From the NCBI RefSeq assembly GCF_035084215.1, contig NC_090328.1, forward strand, positions 35,154,001 to 35,218,000: a stretch of 64,000 nt of DNA, in the 5' to 3' direction. Below are positions 63,796 to 64,000 of the stretch, in pieces; position 1 is the stretch's first letter; every line of letters begins with the position of its first letter. The position numbers were made by a program, and so were the translations under genes. Under the pieces are notes generated by a model. That model worked only from the letters and a program-made list of their open reading frames with translations. It was not told the origin of the DNA and made no database searches. The stretch is from Heptranchias perlo (Eukaryota).

Positions 63796-63949
63796 TGAAT
63801 ATATTTTTGCTCTACAGCTCGGAACTGCCGTGTTTTGGCAAGTCGTTTGACTTGGTTGTATCATGTAGCTCTATGTATACTTTACCAGGCAATAGGTCAG
63901 TTTTTACCATATATGTGAGTATTCAGGAATTGGTAAAGAATTTGATTAT
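63796..63949 (-). repeat. Right arm of the inverted repeat paired with 58190-58320
   Basis: tgaatatatttttgctctac...atgtatactttaccaggcaatagg...attggtaaagaatttgattat. Confidence 0.8.
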
Positions 63950-64000
63950 CAGAGTCTTCTCTCCATTAGTAATTCAGTTGGGAAATGTGTTGAAATTTTT

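Noticed and set aside
52608-64000. MSH3 exon 17 (TKAVSRFH...)
   Set aside because: Not found by eye; presumably downstream of the window

Overview
AT-rich vertebrate genomic DNA, most likely from a cartilaginous fish (shark-type CR1, Deu-SINE, Harbinger and Penelope families; the taxon is an inference). The only host gene is MSH3 (MutS homolog 3) on the + strand. Eight consecutive GT-AG exons (113, 115, 85, 110, 133, 188, 169 and 65 bp) splice into one open frame matching recalled human exons 9-16; the rest of the gene lies outside the window. The introns are dense in transposons: nested CR1 LINEs, a second L2/CR1-group LINE, SINEs, two decayed two-gene Harbinger transposons with related MITEs, and Penelope-like elements (PLEs). 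The most notable signals are: minimal hammerhead-ribozyme motifs in PLE termini, including a perfect 83-bp foldback with a 13-bp TSD; an LTR remnant with a tRNA-Asn primer-binding site; a chimeric PLE; a hidden TIR element split by later insertions; and near-identical inverted CR1 copies flanking exons 9-15. Exon, TIR and TSD coordinates were counted by hand; decayed-repeat boundaries are approximate, and family names come from recall, not database searches.
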